Origin: Armatimonadota bacterium
GTDB taxonomy: Bacteria > Armatimonadota > UBA5829 > DSUL01
Direction: 5' to 3'
Length of the DNA: 64,000 nt
Assembly (NCBI GenBank): GCA_039811685.1
Contig: JBDHZC010000001.1
Span: 384,001-448,000 of the forward strand
Part shown: positions 19,903-29,887 of the stretch, in pieces
Numbering within the stretch: the stretch's first letter is position 1
Layout of the letters: each line of letters begins with the position of its first letter
Notes under the pieces: generated by a model
Database searches by the model: none
The model's input: the letters and a program-made list of their open reading frames with translations, nothing else
Told to the model about the DNA's origin: nothing
Made by a program: the position numbers and the translations under genes

Positions 19903-21465
19903 CTAGGATTTCTCAGGCCTTATCCGGTCCGGCGCCGGAGGATTGATTGTCTTCTGCGCCTTGATATAGGCCTTAATCGCTTCGCGGGTTGTCGCTTTCA
20001 ACTCTGAGACAATCTCAATTGATGGAGCCAGCTCCATCATCTCCATCATTATGTAAGACTGCGCAGCGACTGTGTACTGCTTTTCCGGATTGATGGGTTG
20101 ATCGCCAACGAGAAAGCTCGAGATAGTTGGCGCCTTGTCCTTGAGTTCATATCCAATCCGTCCGCCTGAGATCACCAGGGTTACGCGATTTTTCTTGGCG
20201 AACTCACCGTTCAGGGCAGTCTGCAGATCCCGGCCGCTCATACGCCCGACAATTATCTGCTGCCGTGTGTAGCCCCCTATCAAGTAGTACGCTTCGCCTG
20301 CCAATATTTCGCCGCCTTTGAGACCATCTGGTGGAACAGACGCAGCGTCAATGACTGAGACATCACTCTTGGCAAACCATCTCACAGCATCCGCCACCAG
20401 ATCACTAGCAGGAGTTTCACCATTGCCACCGGCTACTGGCGCTGTTGCCGTTCCGAGCGCTTCACTGAAAATGCGCTGAACGCGATCCTTGTACGGTTGG
20501 TATTCGCGCAGGACAGCCGGGTCTTCCGCTACGTCCGACGTTAGGGCGATGAGCGGTCCATCCGGGTATTTTTTTCCAAGCGCAGTTCTTGGAAGCCTGT
20601 TCCAGCTCTGCCCATCTTTCCCGTTGACAGAAACAATCGTCGCCCCACTTTCATCCTTACGAACAATGAAATCCATCCGGCCGAGATTGCGCGCATGCCA
20701 GCCTGTTTGCCCGATTAGAGTATTTCCGACCCACGTCCACTCAGACAGAGTCGTGTGCGAATGGCCGCCGACGATAAAATCAATACCCGGCACTTCCGCA
20801 GCCAGCTTTTTGTCCACGACTGCGCCAATGTGAGACAGAACTATCACAACATCTGCCTGCTTGCGTAGCTCGGGCACATATTTTTTTGCGGTCTCTATCG
20901 GGTCCTCAATGACGATATCTTTGATATTCGGCGGCCAGTGCAGAGTGATCGTGTCGAGTGTGGTTAGTCCGAGAATCCCCAGCCGGACGCCACCTACATC
21001 CATAAAAACATACGGCTTCAACTGGTCCCACTGTCCGTCTCCCGCCGCATGGACATTCGCTGAGACAAAAGGGAAATGGGCGCTTCTCATCACCGCTTGG
21101 AGCACCGGCAGGCTAAAATCGTATTCGTGATTGCCTGTAGCCGCGATGTCGTACCCCGCAACGTTCATAGCCCCGATGATCGCCTGGCCGCCAGAGTAGT
21201 ACTCCTCTGGCTCGCCGTGGATAATATCCCCGGCATCAAGCAACACAACGTTCGGCATTTCGGCCCGAATTTGCTTCACAAGAGTTGAGACGCGGCTGAC
21301 TCCGCCTTGGCCGTCTGAAGGCGAGACGTTGCTGTGCATATCGTTGGTATGCAGAAGAGTAATCAAGGTGTATTGCGGCTCGGCAGATATACGCTTTGCG
21401 GGCAGGATAAACGCCACGAGCGCGGACAGAATCAGAAATGAAAACAAACTAGAATATCGAGTCAT
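19903..21465 (-). CDS. Bifunctional UDP-sugar hydrolase / 5'-nucleotidase (UshA-like), exported
   Basis: LHTNDMHS, LDAGD, GNHEYD, LSHIG, GGHSH metallophosphoesterase motifs plus C-terminal 5'-nucleotidase domain; signal peptide from ATG 21465. Confidence 0.88.
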   Translation of the reverse strand: MTRYSSLFSFLILSALVAFILPAKRISAEPQYTLITLLHTNDMHSNVSPSDGQGGVSRVSTLVKQIRAEMPNVVLLDAGDIIHGEPEEYYSGGQAIIGAMNVAGYDIAATGNHEYDFSLPVLQAVMRSAHFPFVSANVHAAGDGQWDQLKPYVFMDVGGVRLGILGLTTLDTITLHWPPNIKDIVIEDPIETAKKYVPELRKQADVVIVLSHIGAVVDKKLAAEVPGIDFIVGGHSHTTLSEWTWVGNTLIGQTGWHARNLGRMDFIVRKDESGATIVSVNGKDGQSWNRLPRTALGKKYPDGPLIALTSDVAEDPAVLREYQPYKDRVQRIFSEALGTATAPVAGGNGETPASDLVADAVRWFAKSDVSVIDAASVPPDGLKGGEILAGEAYYLIGGYTRQQIIVGRMSGRDLQTALNGEFAKKNRVTLVISGGRIGYELKDKAPTISSFLVGDQPINPEKQYTVAAQSYIMMEMMELAPSIEIVSELKATTREAIKAYIKAQKTINPPAPDRIRPEKS

Positions 21466-21960
21466 TGGTGTAACAGTACTTTTCAGAACAGCGCGGAGAT
21501 GCCGGGGTGCTCGGTCTCCAATCAGGTAGAAGAAGTCCCACAGTCGTAAACCGAGATCTCTCCGGACCGCTGGACAATGCCGGCCGAAAGAATGCAACCG
21601 TTTACGCAACTCCTACTCTTTACTCCGGACTTTCACCGGCGTCAACCTCAATCCCTGCAAGAATCCGCTTTGACACTTACTTCCAATTCTCACAGCCTCT
21701 GTCGCGCCCCTTGTGACGGTGACGAAATCTCTAGAAGTGGGCCCCTGTGCCGATTGTCACGACATCCGGCTGCAACTTTCCAATTTCCGTCGACCGGCAG
21801 TCTAAAAACGGCTCTGCTTCCCATAGTCGGCAAAGAAGCCGTAGAGAGATTGATGACATGTTTGAAAGTTTTGTGAAGCGTGCAAAAATCGCTGCGACAC
21901 GAAGGACAAGGCTAGAATATCAGAGAAAGCTCTAGCAGACTCAGGAGGAATACACAGTTC

Positions 21961-23019
21961 ATGTATAAGATCGCAGTTATCCCAGGAGACGGCACTGGCC
22001 CAGAGGTAACCCAAGAAGCCCTGAAAGTCTTGCAGTCCGCGAGCAAGAAGTATGGCTTTGAGTATGAGACAACAAACATTGATTGGGGCGGAGACCGCTA
22101 TCTGAGCACAAATGAGGTCCTGCCGGAGAACGCTTCCGATAGTTTGCGCAAGTTCGACGCTGTACTTCTGGGAGCCATCGGACACCCAGACGTGCGCCCT
22201 GGAATCCTGGAGCGCGGCATTCTCTTGAAGCTGCGCTTTGAACTTGACCAGTACATCAATCTTCGCCCGTGCAAACTTTACCCAGGCGTCTGGACCCCTC
22301 TAAAGGACAAAGGCCCGGAGGACATAGACTTTGTCGTTGTTCGCGAAAACACCGAAGGCGCGTACGTTGGGATGGGTGGAGTCTTCAAGAAAGGCACCCC
22401 TGATGAAGTCGCCATTCAAGAGGATGTCAACACGCGAAAGGGTGTCGAGCGCTGCCTGCGCTATGCGTTTGACTACACGCGCAAGCGCAACAAGCGAAAT
22501 ACGCTCCTCCTTTGCGCAAAGACCAATGTTCTCACGTACGCGCACGACCTCTGGGAGCGTGTCTTCAACGAAGTGGGAGACAAAGATTACCCGGACATCA
22601 AACGCGAATACGCCCATATTGACGCCACGTGCATGTGGATGGTGAAAAATCCGGAGTGGTTTGACGTAATAGTGACTCCCAACATGTTTGGAGACATCAT
22701 CACCGATCTGGGCGCAATGGTGCAGGGCGGAATGGGCATTGCGGCAGGCGGTAACATCAACCCCGAAGGCGTATCTATGTTTGAGCCCATTGGAGGCAGC
22801 GCGCCGAAGTACACAGGCCAGAATATTATCAATCCGATGGCGGCAATCTGCAGTGTCCAGATGATGCTGGAGCATCTGGGAGAGGACAAGGCAGCGGATG
22901 CTGTGGACAAGGCCGTGGCGTGGGCCACTTCCGAGAAGCTCGAGAGCATGTCCGCCGGCAAGATGGGTTACTCGACATCCGAAGTCGGTGACCTGATAGC
23001 TGAGCGCATAGCCTCCTGA
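21961..23019 (+). CDS. leuB: 3-isopropylmalate dehydrogenase
   Basis: IAVIPGDGTGPEV, LERGILLKLRFELDQYINLRP, VVRENTEG, NMFGDIITDL, EPIGGSAP; AGGAGG SD. Confidence 0.9.
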   Translation: MYKIAVIPGDGTGPEVTQEALKVLQSASKKYGFEYETTNIDWGGDRYLSTNEVLPENASDSLRKFDAVLLGAIGHPDVRPGILERGILLKLRFELDQYINLRPCKLYPGVWTPLKDKGPEDIDFVVVRENTEGAYVGMGGVFKKGTPDEVAIQEDVNTRKGVERCLRYAFDYTRKRNKRNTLLLCAKTNVLTYAHDLWERVFNEVGDKDYPDIKREYAHIDATCMWMVKNPEWFDVIVTPNMFGDIITDLGAMVQGGMGIAAGGNINPEGVSMFEPIGGSAPKYTGQNIINPMAAICSVQMMLEHLGEDKAADAVDKAVAWATSEKLESMSAGKMGYSTSEVGDLIAERIAS

Positions 23020-23030
23020 AGAAAACAGTC

Positions 23031-24350
23031 GTGCGCGCTCGTGTGAAGAAAAGTCCAGGTGTTACAGCACTCAAGATTGCAGTGGCCGGACTGGCACTAG
23101 TGCTGTTCAATGGATGCGCCCAGCGGCCTGCGACGGACACGCTGCAGATTCGCTGGGTCGCAGATCCGAACCCTGTCAGGTTGAAACAGATTGCAGGCTT
23201 TGAGCGGGACAATCCCAGAGTGAAGGTAAATCTGGACCCAGACGCAGGAAGCCAGAAGGTGCTGACACAGCTTGCCGGCGGCATTTATCCGGATTTGTTT
23301 GCCATCTACGATCCGGCGTCTATCCAGGTGTTCGCAAAAAAGGGCGTCCTCGAAGACCTGCGCCCGCTAATGAAGCGGTACGGCATTGAGGAGTCGGAGT
23401 TTTGGCCGCAGCTCAAACCTTATATGGAACATCAGGGCATCATCTGCGGGCTCCCGGACAACTGTGGCCCTTACGTCGTGTTTTACAACAGGCGCCTCTT
23501 TCGTGAGGCCGGTGTGGCGCCACCAGAGGAGGGATGGACGTGGGATGATCTGATGGACAAAGCCCGCAAGCTTACCCAACGGGACAAGCGCGGCCGAATT
23601 ACCAGGTTTGGCATCGGATACATCGAACCCTGGATTCTGTTCTGGCAGTATGGCGGGCGAATGTTCTCACCCGACGGTAAGCGGTGCGTCATCGACTCCC
23701 CACAGTGTAAGGCGGCTGCCCGGTACTGGGCATCATTCCGGCTGACAGAGCATGTCACACCAACGGCATCTGAGGAGCAGAGTCTGGCAGCGTTGGGCTC
23801 CTGGGGCGGAGCCGGCAATCTTTTCAAAGCAGAGAGACTGGCAATGTATGTCGCCGGCCGGTGGATGAGCATCGAGTACCGCAAGAACAAGAACCTCGAG
23901 TGGGACGTCGCTCCTGTGCCCAGGCACGGCCAGGCACGAGACACGCTGCTCGCGAGCAAAGTCTACGCCATCCCGAAGGGCTGTAAGAACAAGGAAGAGG
24001 CGTTCAAGTTTCTCCGACATCTGATCAGCAAAGAGGGCGAACTGCTGGTAGCGTCCACTGGCGATGGCATACCAAGTATTCGCCGCTTTGCGGAAACGCA
24101 GCAGTTTCTCTTCAACCCTGAGTTTCCGAGCGAGCGCAACAATCAGGTGTGGCTGGACGAGATGAAGTACGCCAGACCACCTGAGCTCTCTCCTTACGTG
24201 TCAAATCTGGACACGCAGACTATCTTTGATGAGGAGATGGACGTAATGTGGCAGGGCGGGCAATCGCCTGAAAAAGCCTGCGAAAACATTGCGCGCCGCG
24301 TGACTGCGCTCATTCGGCGAAACATCGCCAACCCTAACCTGATGGACTGA
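23031..24350 (+). CDS. Sugar ABC transporter substrate-binding lipoprotein
   Basis: LFNGC lipobox, FYNRRLFREAG, WTWDDL, WDVAPVP. Confidence 0.9.
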   Translation: MRARVKKSPGVTALKIAVAGLALVLFNGCAQRPATDTLQIRWVADPNPVRLKQIAGFERDNPRVKVNLDPDAGSQKVLTQLAGGIYPDLFAIYDPASIQVFAKKGVLEDLRPLMKRYGIEESEFWPQLKPYMEHQGIICGLPDNCGPYVVFYNRRLFREAGVAPPEEGWTWDDLMDKARKLTQRDKRGRITRFGIGYIEPWILFWQYGGRMFSPDGKRCVIDSPQCKAAARYWASFRLTEHVTPTASEEQSLAALGSWGGAGNLFKAERLAMYVAGRWMSIEYRKNKNLEWDVAPVPRHGQARDTLLASKVYAIPKGCKNKEEAFKFLRHLISKEGELLVASTGDGIPSIRRFAETQQFLFNPEFPSERNNQVWLDEMKYARPPELSPYVSNLDTQTIFDEEMDVMWQGGQSPEKACENIARRVTALIRRNIANPNLMD

Positions 24351-24353
24351 CAC

Positions 24354-25367
24354 ATGTCTGCCAACTCAAAGCATGATTCTTTTGAGACGCCAGCGGACAG
24401 GCTTTCAAGCCTGAGAAATCGTCGTCGCCCCGGGTCTCAGCATTCCAAAGAAGCTCTGGCTGCGGCCGGGTTCCTGACGCCCAACCTCATCGGGTTCATG
24501 ATATTCACCTTCATTCCCGTGTTTGCTTCGTTTGCTATGGCGTTCACCAACTGGGATCTGTTCCGCACACCCCGCTGGGTCGGGTTTTTCAACTTTGCTT
24601 CCCTGCTCGGCTGGCACTACGACGACTATCTGAAGCAGACCGTGATGAATGATCCGTTCTTCTGGAAGTATGTTTACAACACGGTCTTTATGATGCTGGC
24701 CATCCCGCTCGGAATTGCCGGCAGCCTCTGTCTGGCGCTGTTGATGAACCAGAAGATCAGGGGCATAACACTTTTTCGCACAGTGTACTTCCTGCCAACT
24801 GTTTGCTCGGGAGTGGCGATCCTGGTCCTGTGGAAATGGCTCTACAACGACAGCATCGGCTTGATCAACACGCTGATCCGCGCTTTTGGAGACCTTGTGC
24901 ACATCAATCTTACTGGCCCTGACTGGCTTGGGGATTCTAGCTGGGCCAAACCTGCGCTGATGTTGATGGGGCTCTGGACTGGCCTTGGTGGCTTCAACAT
25001 GATTTTGTATCTGGCTGCGCTGCAGGGTGTACCGAGAGAGTTGTACGAAGCAGCCGCCATGGACGGAGCAGGTTCGTGGAAGAGCTTCTGGGCTGTTACG
25101 TGGCCAAGCATCAGTCCCACGACCTTTTTCATTCTCATCATGAGCGTGATAGGTGGTTTTCAGGGTGGCTTTATGCAAGCTAATGTCATGACAGGAGGAG
25201 GTCCCGCAGGCTCCACTACGACCATCGAGTACTACATCTACAACATCGCTTTCACCCGCTTCTTGATGGGCTATGCCAGCGCCATCGCCTGGGTGCTGTT
25301 TGTTGTGATTCTGGGCTTGACGCTGGTGACCTGGAGGATGGGCGGAAAGGTGGTGCACTATGCGTAG
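24354..25367 (+). CDS. Carbohydrate ABC transporter permease (MalF-like)
   Basis: YLAALQGVPRELYEAAAMDGA motif. Confidence 0.93.
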   Translation: MSANSKHDSFETPADRLSSLRNRRRPGSQHSKEALAAAGFLTPNLIGFMIFTFIPVFASFAMAFTNWDLFRTPRWVGFFNFASLLGWHYDDYLKQTVMNDPFFWKYVYNTVFMMLAIPLGIAGSLCLALLMNQKIRGITLFRTVYFLPTVCSGVAILVLWKWLYNDSIGLINTLIRAFGDLVHINLTGPDWLGDSSWAKPALMLMGLWTGLGGFNMILYLAALQGVPRELYEAAAMDGAGSWKSFWAVTWPSISPTTFFILIMSVIGGFQGGFMQANVMTGGGPAGSTTTIEYYIYNIAFTRFLMGYASAIAWVLFVVILGLTLVTWRMGGKVVHYA

Positions 25368-26232
25368 CGCTGTTCCGCGCTCTTCTACTGATGGTCAGAT
25401 GGCCCAGTCTCGCTCTGCGACCAGGACGTGCGTCATCTATCTGCTCCTGACCCTTGGCGCGCTGACAATGATCTTTCCTCTGTACTGGATGGTGCTCACC
25501 AGCCTGGAACCTGGAGACGTCGCCTTTTCCTCCGGGACTATCCACTGGGTTCCGTCGAAGTTTGTGTGGTCCAACTATCCGGAGGCGTGGAAAGCCGTGG
25601 ATATTCCCCGCCTCTACTGGAATAGCATTCTCGCAGCGGTAATCGGGACGGCAGGGCAGGTCTTGACCAGCAGCATGGCCGCCTACGCGTTTGCCAGGCT
25701 GAGCTTTCCCGCTAGGGACAGGCTGTTCTTTGCCTATCTCGCAACGATGATGATTCCCGGCTCAGTAACGATGATTCCCAACTTTGTTTTGCTTCGCTGG
25801 TTGGGCTGGATCAACACGTATCAGGCTCTGATTATTCCAGGGATGTTCAGCGCCTACGGAACATTTCTGTTGCGTCAGTTCTTCATGGGACTTCCGACTG
25901 AGCTGGAAGACGCCGCCAAGATCGATGGCTCGGGATATGCAGGCATCTGGGCGCGTATCACCTTACCGTTGTCAAAGCCTGCGCTCGCAACTTTGACAAC
26001 ATTTACCTTCATGGGTTTCTGGGGCTCCTATATGTGGCCCCTGATTATCATTCAGAGCGCAGATCTCCGAACGCTGCCTATTGGGCTTGCGTCGTTCGTG
26101 GGGCGATACACAGCGGAATACAGCCTCTGGATGGCCGCCTCCGTAATAGCGCTCGTGCCAGTCCTGGCGCTGTTTATGTTCAATCAACGTTACTTCCAGG
26201 AAGGCATCAAAATGTCTGGGATCAAGGGATGA
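25360..26232 (+). CDS. Carbohydrate ABC transporter permease (MalG-like)
   Basis: FLLRQFFMGLPTELEDAAKIDG motif. Confidence 0.93.
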   Translation: MRSAVPRSSTDGQMAQSRSATRTCVIYLLLTLGALTMIFPLYWMVLTSLEPGDVAFSSGTIHWVPSKFVWSNYPEAWKAVDIPRLYWNSILAAVIGTAGQVLTSSMAAYAFARLSFPARDRLFFAYLATMMIPGSVTMIPNFVLLRWLGWINTYQALIIPGMFSAYGTFLLRQFFMGLPTELEDAAKIDGSGYAGIWARITLPLSKPALATLTTFTFMGFWGSYMWPLIIIQSADLRTLPIGLASFVGRYTAEYSLWMAASVIALVPVLALFMFNQRYFQEGIKMSGIKG

Positions 26233-26254
26233 GACTCGCGCGTGGAGGATTGTT

Positions 26255-28657
26255 CTGACCTACACCGATACGAAGCCATCTGAGGGGTTTGCACCTCAGC
26301 TTATCCGCGTCATATTCCACAACTCTTCCGCCGCCCCAGGCGAAGGGTTCAACGTGGATTTGCACTGGCAGAACATCGGGGATGAGCCAGCGCTGTCGGA
26401 CTACTGGATTCACGTGGACTTTGTTGCAGACTCCCCGGGTGCGCCTGTAGCGAACGAACCCGCGTTTTCCTGGGACTTCCCGCCCGCCAAAGACACCTCT
26501 CTCTGGCAGACAGGTTTCGTTGTAAAAGAAGAAGGCTGCTACTTCAGAGTGCCCGCTGACATTCCCACCGGGCGCTATGTTGTGTTGATCAGCCTGTTTG
26601 ACCGATCAGACCCGGCATGCCGGATTCCTCTTCGGAACAAGACGAGAGACGTTGGAGGTCACCGGTACCGCGTTGGCCAGGTAAGCGTGGTATCCGAACG
26701 TGGGCTTCCGCCTAAAGTGCTTGCCTACCGTCTTGTATGGCGCGTGCGCGAGCCCCGACCTGCTCCGGCAGTGCGGGAGTCAGTTTTCGTCTCTTACGGA
26801 CGCCTGTCAGTTGGGTTCGACCCCACCCGGCCTGCGATCCGCGCGTGGCGTGTCTCAGGACAAGACCTTCCACTGGGCGGGGATGAGACTTTGAGCAGCC
26901 CGGAAGCGGAGTTTGTCAGTGTCTCGGACGGCAGGCGTCGAACTTCTCTGGCGGTTGGGGCGGACTGGATATTCCAGTGCAGAATCTCGGGCGACGCAGC
27001 AGTCTATAAGTGCAGACTACGCTGGAAACAGGCAGAGGTTGCGCGCTTTGATCTGCGGTTTCAGGTGGGACGGGCAAGCTTGACAGCCCGAGTAAGTGCT
27101 GTTCAGGAAAGTCCAGGTTTTCAGCTTCTCTCTATAACAGCACCTGCAATTGTCTCAGTGCCGGAGACCGCATCTGGCGCTACTCTGGCACTTTCCAGCC
27201 GCGGCGGTCGATTGGTGAACCTAGCGGACTCCGGCCGGCATCGCCAGGTACACAAGTTGGAGTGGGACGACCCTCTCCCTGGCGCTATGGCCGTGTGCGA
27301 CGATGCGATAGCAGTCGCGTGGGTACATTCTGCTGACGATCGACTGGTTTCAGAGGTGTCCGAAGCGGAGTGCAAACGGGGTTCGCTGGGTATCCGTTTC
27401 AGGTTACGGCACGAGGTCGCAGCCAATAACTTTGAGTTGCTGACAAAAAGAAACAGCGAGTTTGAAGTGGCCATCCTCACTGGGCAGGAGAAGCTTACGT
27501 GGACGGACGGCGCCACATGGATGTCCAAGAACTTCCGGGCGCGTCCAGCGCCTATGTATATCGGTTCTCTCATCTATCGATTTGACTGCACCAGACACCC
27601 TGGTTTTGAGCAAGCTTGCGAATCAGCCTATCGGCTTATTCGGCGCGTTCACGCGTTGACAGACGGGGCTCCACAAATTGTCTATCTGGAAGGATGCCAG
27701 ATTAGCCAGGAGCGCCACAGGGCTGCTGTGCGCGCGCTCCAGGCCAGGGCGCAGGAAAGGGCCTGTAAAATCAGCATTGTGGGCCCGGTGAAGAGCGCCG
27801 CTGTGACAGCAGCAGAAGACTGGATAGAAGCATCACACAGGATAGCGGGCTGGTTGCAGGACGCACAGATTACGGAAACTGTCGCACTTAACGGATTTAC
27901 GCCGCACCCAGACGGGTTCTCCGGCAATGCAGTCAGCGCCTTTGCCGCGGATGAAACAATCGCAGCCGGGCGTCAATTGGTTGATGTGCTGAAGTCCTCA
28001 GGGATCGACGTTTCCGGCGGCCCCTTGGTGAGCCCTCTGGTAGGCGCCGTAACTCACTACTGGGACTTGAATCGAGCTCAGGCAGGTGGACCGTATTCCA
28101 GCGAGGAGTGCGTGCCTTTGGTGCCATTCGTCCTGCACGGCAGAATCACGTACGGCACCTCGATTGATGACCTATTCGGCGCCGCCCTGGCCCTGCTGTA
28201 CGGAGCGACCTGGACCGAACACTGGACCGAAGAGACGGCAGATTCGCAGATCTGTCAACGCTACTACTTCATCACTCTGCCGTGGGCAAGGACAGCCAGC
28301 TCTCTCATTCGAGAGTATCGGCGAGACGGTGACTGGCAACGTCTCACCTATGAGAACGGAGAAACGGTGGAGGCTAATCTGACGTTAGCGGAACTGCGAG
28401 TCAGCGCGAGCGGCTATCCGATTATCCAGAACGACATCGCGACGGTCCCGCTTGGACGACATCGGCTCGCGGTGTATTCCAAAGCGGCGGAGCGGGTCTG
28501 TGTCCCGCTACCACCGGGATGGTCATCAGCATCAAGACCGAACGCTGAGGCTTTGCATTCGGATGGATCCAGAACGCCGGTTGATCTGTCGAGCGATGAG
28601 AGCTCTATCTGTCTTGAAGCTCCGGGTGGCGTGCCTGTCATCATCCACCGCCGATAG
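26255..28657 (+). CDS. Hypothetical protein resembling a degenerate GH101-like (endo-alpha-GalNAcase-like) enzyme; start CTG 26255 or GTG 26354
   Basis: N-terminal beta-sandwich (L.WQN.G..P..DY..HV), then LTDGAPQIVYLEG resembling GH101-like barrels; last gene of the ABC operon. Confidence 0.5.
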   Translation: MTYTDTKPSEGFAPQLIRVIFHNSSAAPGEGFNVDLHWQNIGDEPALSDYWIHVDFVADSPGAPVANEPAFSWDFPPAKDTSLWQTGFVVKEEGCYFRVPADIPTGRYVVLISLFDRSDPACRIPLRNKTRDVGGHRYRVGQVSVVSERGLPPKVLAYRLVWRVREPRPAPAVRESVFVSYGRLSVGFDPTRPAIRAWRVSGQDLPLGGDETLSSPEAEFVSVSDGRRRTSLAVGADWIFQCRISGDAAVYKCRLRWKQAEVARFDLRFQVGRASLTARVSAVQESPGFQLLSITAPAIVSVPETASGATLALSSRGGRLVNLADSGRHRQVHKLEWDDPLPGAMAVCDDAIAVAWVHSADDRLVSEVSEAECKRGSLGIRFRLRHEVAANNFELLTKRNSEFEVAILTGQEKLTWTDGATWMSKNFRARPAPMYIGSLIYRFDCTRHPGFEQACESAYRLIRRVHALTDGAPQIVYLEGCQISQERHRAAVRALQARAQERACKISIVGPVKSAAVTAAEDWIEASHRIAGWLQDAQITETVALNGFTPHPDGFSGNAVSAFAADETIAAGRQLVDVLKSSGIDVSGGPLVSPLVGAVTHYWDLNRAQAGGPYSSEECVPLVPFVLHGRITYGTSIDDLFGAALALLYGATWTEHWTEETADSQICQRYYFITLPWARTASSLIREYRRDGDWQRLTYENGETVEANLTLAELRVSASGYPIIQNDIATVPLGRHRLAVYSKAAERVCVPLPPGWSSASRPNAEALHSDGSRTPVDLSSDESSICLEAPGGVPVIIHRR

Positions 28658-28775
28658 AGGTCACGGAGTGCCGCACATCTGATATCTCGTGATATCCAGC
28701 ACGCAAATCGCGGAGCTGAAAACTGTAAGGCATGTGTAGAGTTTACACATATTCTTATACAGATTGCGATTCGGA

Positions 28776-29867
28776 TCAGGCGTCTTTGTAAAGCGTGGTG
28801 CGGCGTCGCGGTTCATAGCCAGCATCGCGAATGATGCGCTCAATCTCCTCAATGGGCATTGCATAGCAGGCGCCAGCCGCGCTGACGACATTCTCTTCCA
28901 GCATCGTGCTGCCGAAGTCGTTCACACCGTAAGCCAGACTGACTCCACCAATCTTTGGCCCCTGAGTCACCCAACTGGCTTGAATGTTGTCCACGTTGTC
29001 CAGAAAGACGCGGGCAGTCGCAATAGTCTGAAGATATTCATAAGGAGTCGCGCGAGTTCCACCGAGCTCAGTCCCGTCCGGCTGATAGTTCCACGCGATA
29101 AACGCCGTGAAACCACCCGTGTCATCCTGCAACTCTCGCACCCGAACAAGATGCTCGACACGTTCTTCCAGGGTCTCAACAGAGCCATACATCATCGTGG
29201 CTGAAGTGCGCAAACCTATCTCGTGCGCGTCACGCATAACGCCAAGCCATTCGTCAGCCGTATCCTTGCGAGGAGAGATTATCTTACGCACACGATCAAC
29301 CAGAATCTCCCCGCCTGCACCCGGCAGAGTATCCATTCCGGCCTCACGCAGCCGAGTCAGACACTCCTTCACGGAAATACGCGCCATCTTGGCGATATAG
29401 CGGACTTCCGCCACAGAGAGCGCGTGGAGATGGGTTGTCGGGAAGCGTTCCTTGATCTGGCTGAACATATCAATGTAGTAGTCCAGCTTGAGTTGAGAGT
29501 TCAGGCCGCCCTGAAGCAGCAACTCAATGCCGCCAAGATCCACCAGCTCCTGAATTTTGTCGTAGAGCTCATTTTTCGACAGAACGTAGCCTTCAGGTGA
29601 GCCGGGCGGGCGGTAGAAGTTGCAGAACTTACACCGCACCCAGCAGACATTTGTATAGTTGATATTGCGACCACAGATGTACGTGACAACCGGCTCAGGA
29701 TGCTTTCGCCAGCGCACCAGATCGGCCAGGCGCGAAAGCTCAGCAAGATCAGGGGATTTGAGCAGCCTGAGAGCATCCTCAGCAGACAGGCGCTCGCCCG
29801 TTTCTACTTTTTCGGAAATATCACTCAGATCATCAGTGCGTTGGATGTCGCGCAGAATCGTAGACAT
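28776..29867 (-). CDS. mqnC: Cyclic dehypoxanthinyl futalosine synthase (radical SAM)
   Basis: RNINYTNVCWVRCKFC, LLQGG, TSATMMYG, NIQASWVTQG, NDFGSTMLEENVV; AAGGAG SD before ATG 29867. Confidence 0.92.
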   Translation of the reverse strand: MSTILRDIQRTDDLSDISEKVETGERLSAEDALRLLKSPDLAELSRLADLVRWRKHPEPVVTYICGRNINYTNVCWVRCKFCNFYRPPGSPEGYVLSKNELYDKIQELVDLGGIELLLQGGLNSQLKLDYYIDMFSQIKERFPTTHLHALSVAEVRYIAKMARISVKECLTRLREAGMDTLPGAGGEILVDRVRKIISPRKDTADEWLGVMRDAHEIGLRTSATMMYGSVETLEERVEHLVRVRELQDDTGGFTAFIAWNYQPDGTELGGTRATPYEYLQTIATARVFLDNVDNIQASWVTQGPKIGGVSLAYGVNDFGSTMLEENVVSAAGACYAMPIEEIERIIRDAGYEPRRRTTLYKDA

Positions 29868-29887
29868 GGAACTACTCCTTGACCGCA

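Noticed and set aside
21625..21639. Minus-strand CCGGTGAAAGTCCGG resembling an FMN or cobalamin riboswitch T-loop hairpin upstream of the nucleotidase
   Set aside because: Flanking conserved elements (FMN AGGGC...CCGAC, cobalamin GGGAA and GCCACTG) are absent; only an isolated hairpin remains.
21858..21935. Short ORF upstream of leuB as an attenuator leader peptide
   Set aside because: Not Leu-rich, and no terminator/antiterminator pair follows.
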